Source: Heterodontus francisci
Lineage: Eukaryota
DNA: 64,000 nt
Assembly (NCBI RefSeq): GCF_036365525.1
Contig: NW_027141363.1
Location: 186,001 to 250,000, forward strand
Direction: 5' to 3'
A program made the translations under genes and the position numbers. Each line of letters starts with the position of its first letter. The stretch's first letter is position 1. The notes under the pieces were generated by a model. It worked only from the letters and a program-made list of their open reading frames with translations, made no database searches and was not told the DNA's origin. Positions 61,033 to 64,000 of the stretch are shown piece after piece.

Positions 61033-61785
61033 GCGGGTAATAATCCTCTGCAGGAGAGGATGAAACACTGAGAAGGAGGATGAATTTCGGGAATTGTCTT
61101 GAAGAAGCCCACAGCATGGGTTTCACTGGGAAAGTAACAAACACAGCTTGTTGCAGTTGCACCATGCTGCCACTGGTCGGCGCAGTGGCTCCACTATATT
61201 TCGCGCCACCACAGGCTTTGGCGCCGCTGATCAATGAGTCAATTCCTCTGCTTCCGCAATCTTTTCACTTTAAAGGCTAAATGCAGTTAGATTTCCACTT
61301 TACAGTGATGTTATATGAGCCGCCTCCGCTGCCATCGAACTATCCACCTTCTCTTCCTCCACTACTGATTTTAATTTGCAAAAGGATGTTAATAATCCCC
61401 TGTTGTGCGCCATAAGCTCTGGAGTCACTCAAAGCAGCTATCGTTGCACCGCCCCTTGTTTTTTTCACCTACCCTCTCCAACACCTCGCTACCTTCAAAA
61501 TTTCCCTCGATTCAGCATGAAAGCAAGCTCACAAAGGGAAGAGAGTGAAGATATTGGCAGCAGAGTAGAAAGTGGGGTGGACGGAGGGAAATGGAGAGAA
61601 GAAACAAGTGGAAAGGGGCGGAAGGAAGCGAACAAAAGAATGGGAGACAACTTAAAGGTAGGGGCGGGGATCATTGCCTTGAGATAACTTCCTCTTATGA
61701 CGATCCGCTCTGCCTACACCTCATCTCTCTCCCTCCCTTAAAACCCAGAGTAACCAGCAGAAAGTCTCTCAGATCCACAGCAAAC

Positions 61786-62520
61786 ATGCCTTTCAGTTTC
61801 ATCCTCTTTGCTATTTCCCTTCTGGCGCTGAGTAGGTTAAAATTCTGTCCCAATCACTCTTCTACATTTGATCAACTGAAAGGGATGATTAATGATCTCA
61901 ATAAAACTGAGCGGCGGTGACTTGTGAAATCAGTAATCGATTATTTCATATCAGACAGTGAACTCATTAATCTGTCCCCTAGTTTGGGAAGACAAGTGTT
62001 ATTAATATGATGTTAACTCTTTAATGTTTGCACCCACTTGCAAACTTGTGGTTTCCACAATTCTATTTTACAGTTGTAAAGATCCAGGTTCTTGTCGGAA
62101 ATTGGGACACAGACCGAATTTCCGTCGTTAATTCGGTGCAACACCGACGCCCATCGTCGCAATTGTAACTCCATCGATACTAGTTCATTCCCTCCAATTT
62201 CTTTTTCTAGGTGTTTGCCCGGGGTGATGTGATATATCAACGGCCTCAGTCACTGGCTGTTAAACAACCAGGACCCGTGGAAATGAACTGTCTGCAGGAA
62301 GGAAAGATTCACAACTACATGTACTGGTATCGTCAGTCCCCCGGCAGAGGATTCCTCTCAATGGGCTCTGTTTACCGAGGCAGTGAACCTCAGTATGAAG
62401 AGGGTTTTAAGAGCGGGTTTGTTATTACCAGGACTCTGAACAATAAGAAATCCACTCTGACGATCGAGAGTGTGAACGCCACGGACGAGGCGGTGTATTT
62501 CTGTGCAGCTGGTGATGGGA
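61786..62520 (+). CDS. TRBV: T-cell receptor beta variable segment with a leader/V frame conflict (leader 61786-61831, V exon 62211-62520)
   Basis: Leader MPFSFILFAISLLAL|gtaggt (phase 1). V domain GDVIYQRP...MNCLQ...MYWYRQ...YEEGFK...DEAVYFCAAG is intact, but the exon start has one base too many for phase-1 splicing. Confidence 0.8.
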
Positions 62521-62559
62521 CACAGCGGTTCAGAGTCATTGGCCGCCTTGACAAAAACC
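62521..62559 (+). other. 23-RSS (cacagcg / 23 bp / acaaaaacc)
   Basis: Heptamer 62521-62527, nonamer 62551-62559. Confidence 0.92.
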
Positions 62560-62899
62560 ATCACACGTCTCCCTTCAAACGGGTGCATTTAACCCAGCAT
62601 TCGGTGAAGAGCAGCCCTGGCTGATCGGATGCGGATCTGCACCTGTTCAGTGCCCGTTCGAGTGGCAGAACGCCCATGTTCTAACTCCCCACAACCTCCA
62701 GACAGGCAACACACACTGTCTGTGCCCACACCTGAATAATGGCCCTTTGAAATACAATTCAACCCGAACCTCAGATAGACCACACCTGGACAATTGTGCA
62801 TACTGTGCACAATTCTCAGCTCGATATGCCTTGTGTAGACGGCGCCTGAAGTGCTGAGGACAGTTCATACTTACAAATACCTTACTTAGAGCTCTTCTG

Positions 62900-64000
62900 G
62901 AGCCCTGTGCACTGTTCTGGTCTCCATCGACCTTGGTTGGACCAAATCTGCAGTGCTGTGCACAGTGCTGGTCTCCATATTACACAGAGAGGTAATGAGC
63001 AGAAGTGCAAAATCGATTTACAAGAATGATACCAGAGCACAAAGGTTATAACTATCAGGAAGGATTGAAAAGTCTGGGATTCCTTTCCCCAGTCAAGAGA
63101 AGGCTGAGGGGTGACCTGATAGAGGTGCTCAAGATTATGAAGGAATATGATAGGGTAGAGGTGCGAAGATGCCTGCACTTGTAGGGAAGGTCAGGAATAC
63201 ATCATACTCACTAATAACTCCAAGAAATGAATTTACACAGAGTGGTAAGAATGTGGAATTCACTAGCACACAGAAATAAATGATGTGTATAACCAGATAT
63301 ATGTAAATGGATGCTGGATAAAAACATTAGGGAGCAGGAAATAGCACGTCATACTGATAGGGCTGGATGAAGACATTGTTTATGTTCTTTCATCGGATGT
63401 GGGAATACAATATGAGAATAAGCTAACCAGCAATATAAAAACAGATGGTCGGAGCTTTTACATAACAAGCAAGAGTGCAGCTGAAGCTGACGTTGTTTTC
63501 TTCGAGGTAAAGACAGGAAAAATCATCATGGGGAATGGGGAAATGGCAGGGGAATTGAACTAATATTTAGTGCCTGTCTTCACAGTTGAAGACACAAGTT
63601 CCATCCCAGAAATAGGCAGTAATCTGGGGCCTAAAAAGAGTGAGGAAATTAAGGATATTCATATCAATTGAGAAAAAGTTTTGGAGAAACTTGGGGGATT
63701 AAAATCTGACAAGTCCCCTGGAACAGATGGATTATATACCAGAGTTCTAAAAGAGATAGCTGCAGAGAGAGTGGAGGCGCTGGCTATGATTTTCCAGAAT
63801 TCCTTAGATTCAGGAATGGTCCCATCGGATTGAAAGCTGACAAATGTTCCACGGCTTTTCAAGAAAAGAGGTAATGAAAAATCTCAGGATAAGGGATCAA
63901 TCATTCCGGACTGAGATGAGGAGAAATGACTTCACTCAAAGGGTTGTGAAACATTGGAATTCTCTATCCCAGAGTGTTGTGGATGCTCCTTCATTGATTA
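62900..64000 (+). mobile_element. CR1 LINE fragments
   Basis: aaggctgaggggtgacctgatagaggt; DKSPGTDGLYTRVLKE and IFQNSLDSGMVPSD peptides. Confidence 0.8.

Overview
Eukaryotic genomic DNA from a cartilaginous fish (shark-type CR1/L2 LINEs, an HE1-like V-SINE and a Deu-domain SINE). It has three zones. (1) 48-34032 (+): the 3' part of a spliced GP2/uromodulin-like gene. It has two tandem D8C (D10C) domains of 3 exons each, eight 90-96 bp phase-1 Ser/Thr/Glu-rich stalk exons plus one pseudo-exon, and a short C-terminal module. No ZP, TM or GPI region is visible. Its introns are filled with a G-rich 23-bp minisatellite and CR1 fragments amplified together with the exons. (2) ~35-49.7 kb: repeats plus degenerate minus-strand pieces in the order leader, V with 23-RSS, degenerate 12-RSS with J, Ig C-like exon, TM-like exon. 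This may be a fossil compact V-J-C-TM antigen-receptor cassette (inference). (3) 52.4-62.6 kb: T-cell receptor beta-like V segments with 23-RSS in both orientations: two apparently functional, one with a 1-bp leader/V frame conflict, one internally deleted, plus an orphan leader. Most ORFs in the supplied track are artefacts of tandem repeats or retroelements. All coordinates were read by eye; repeat boundaries are approximate.
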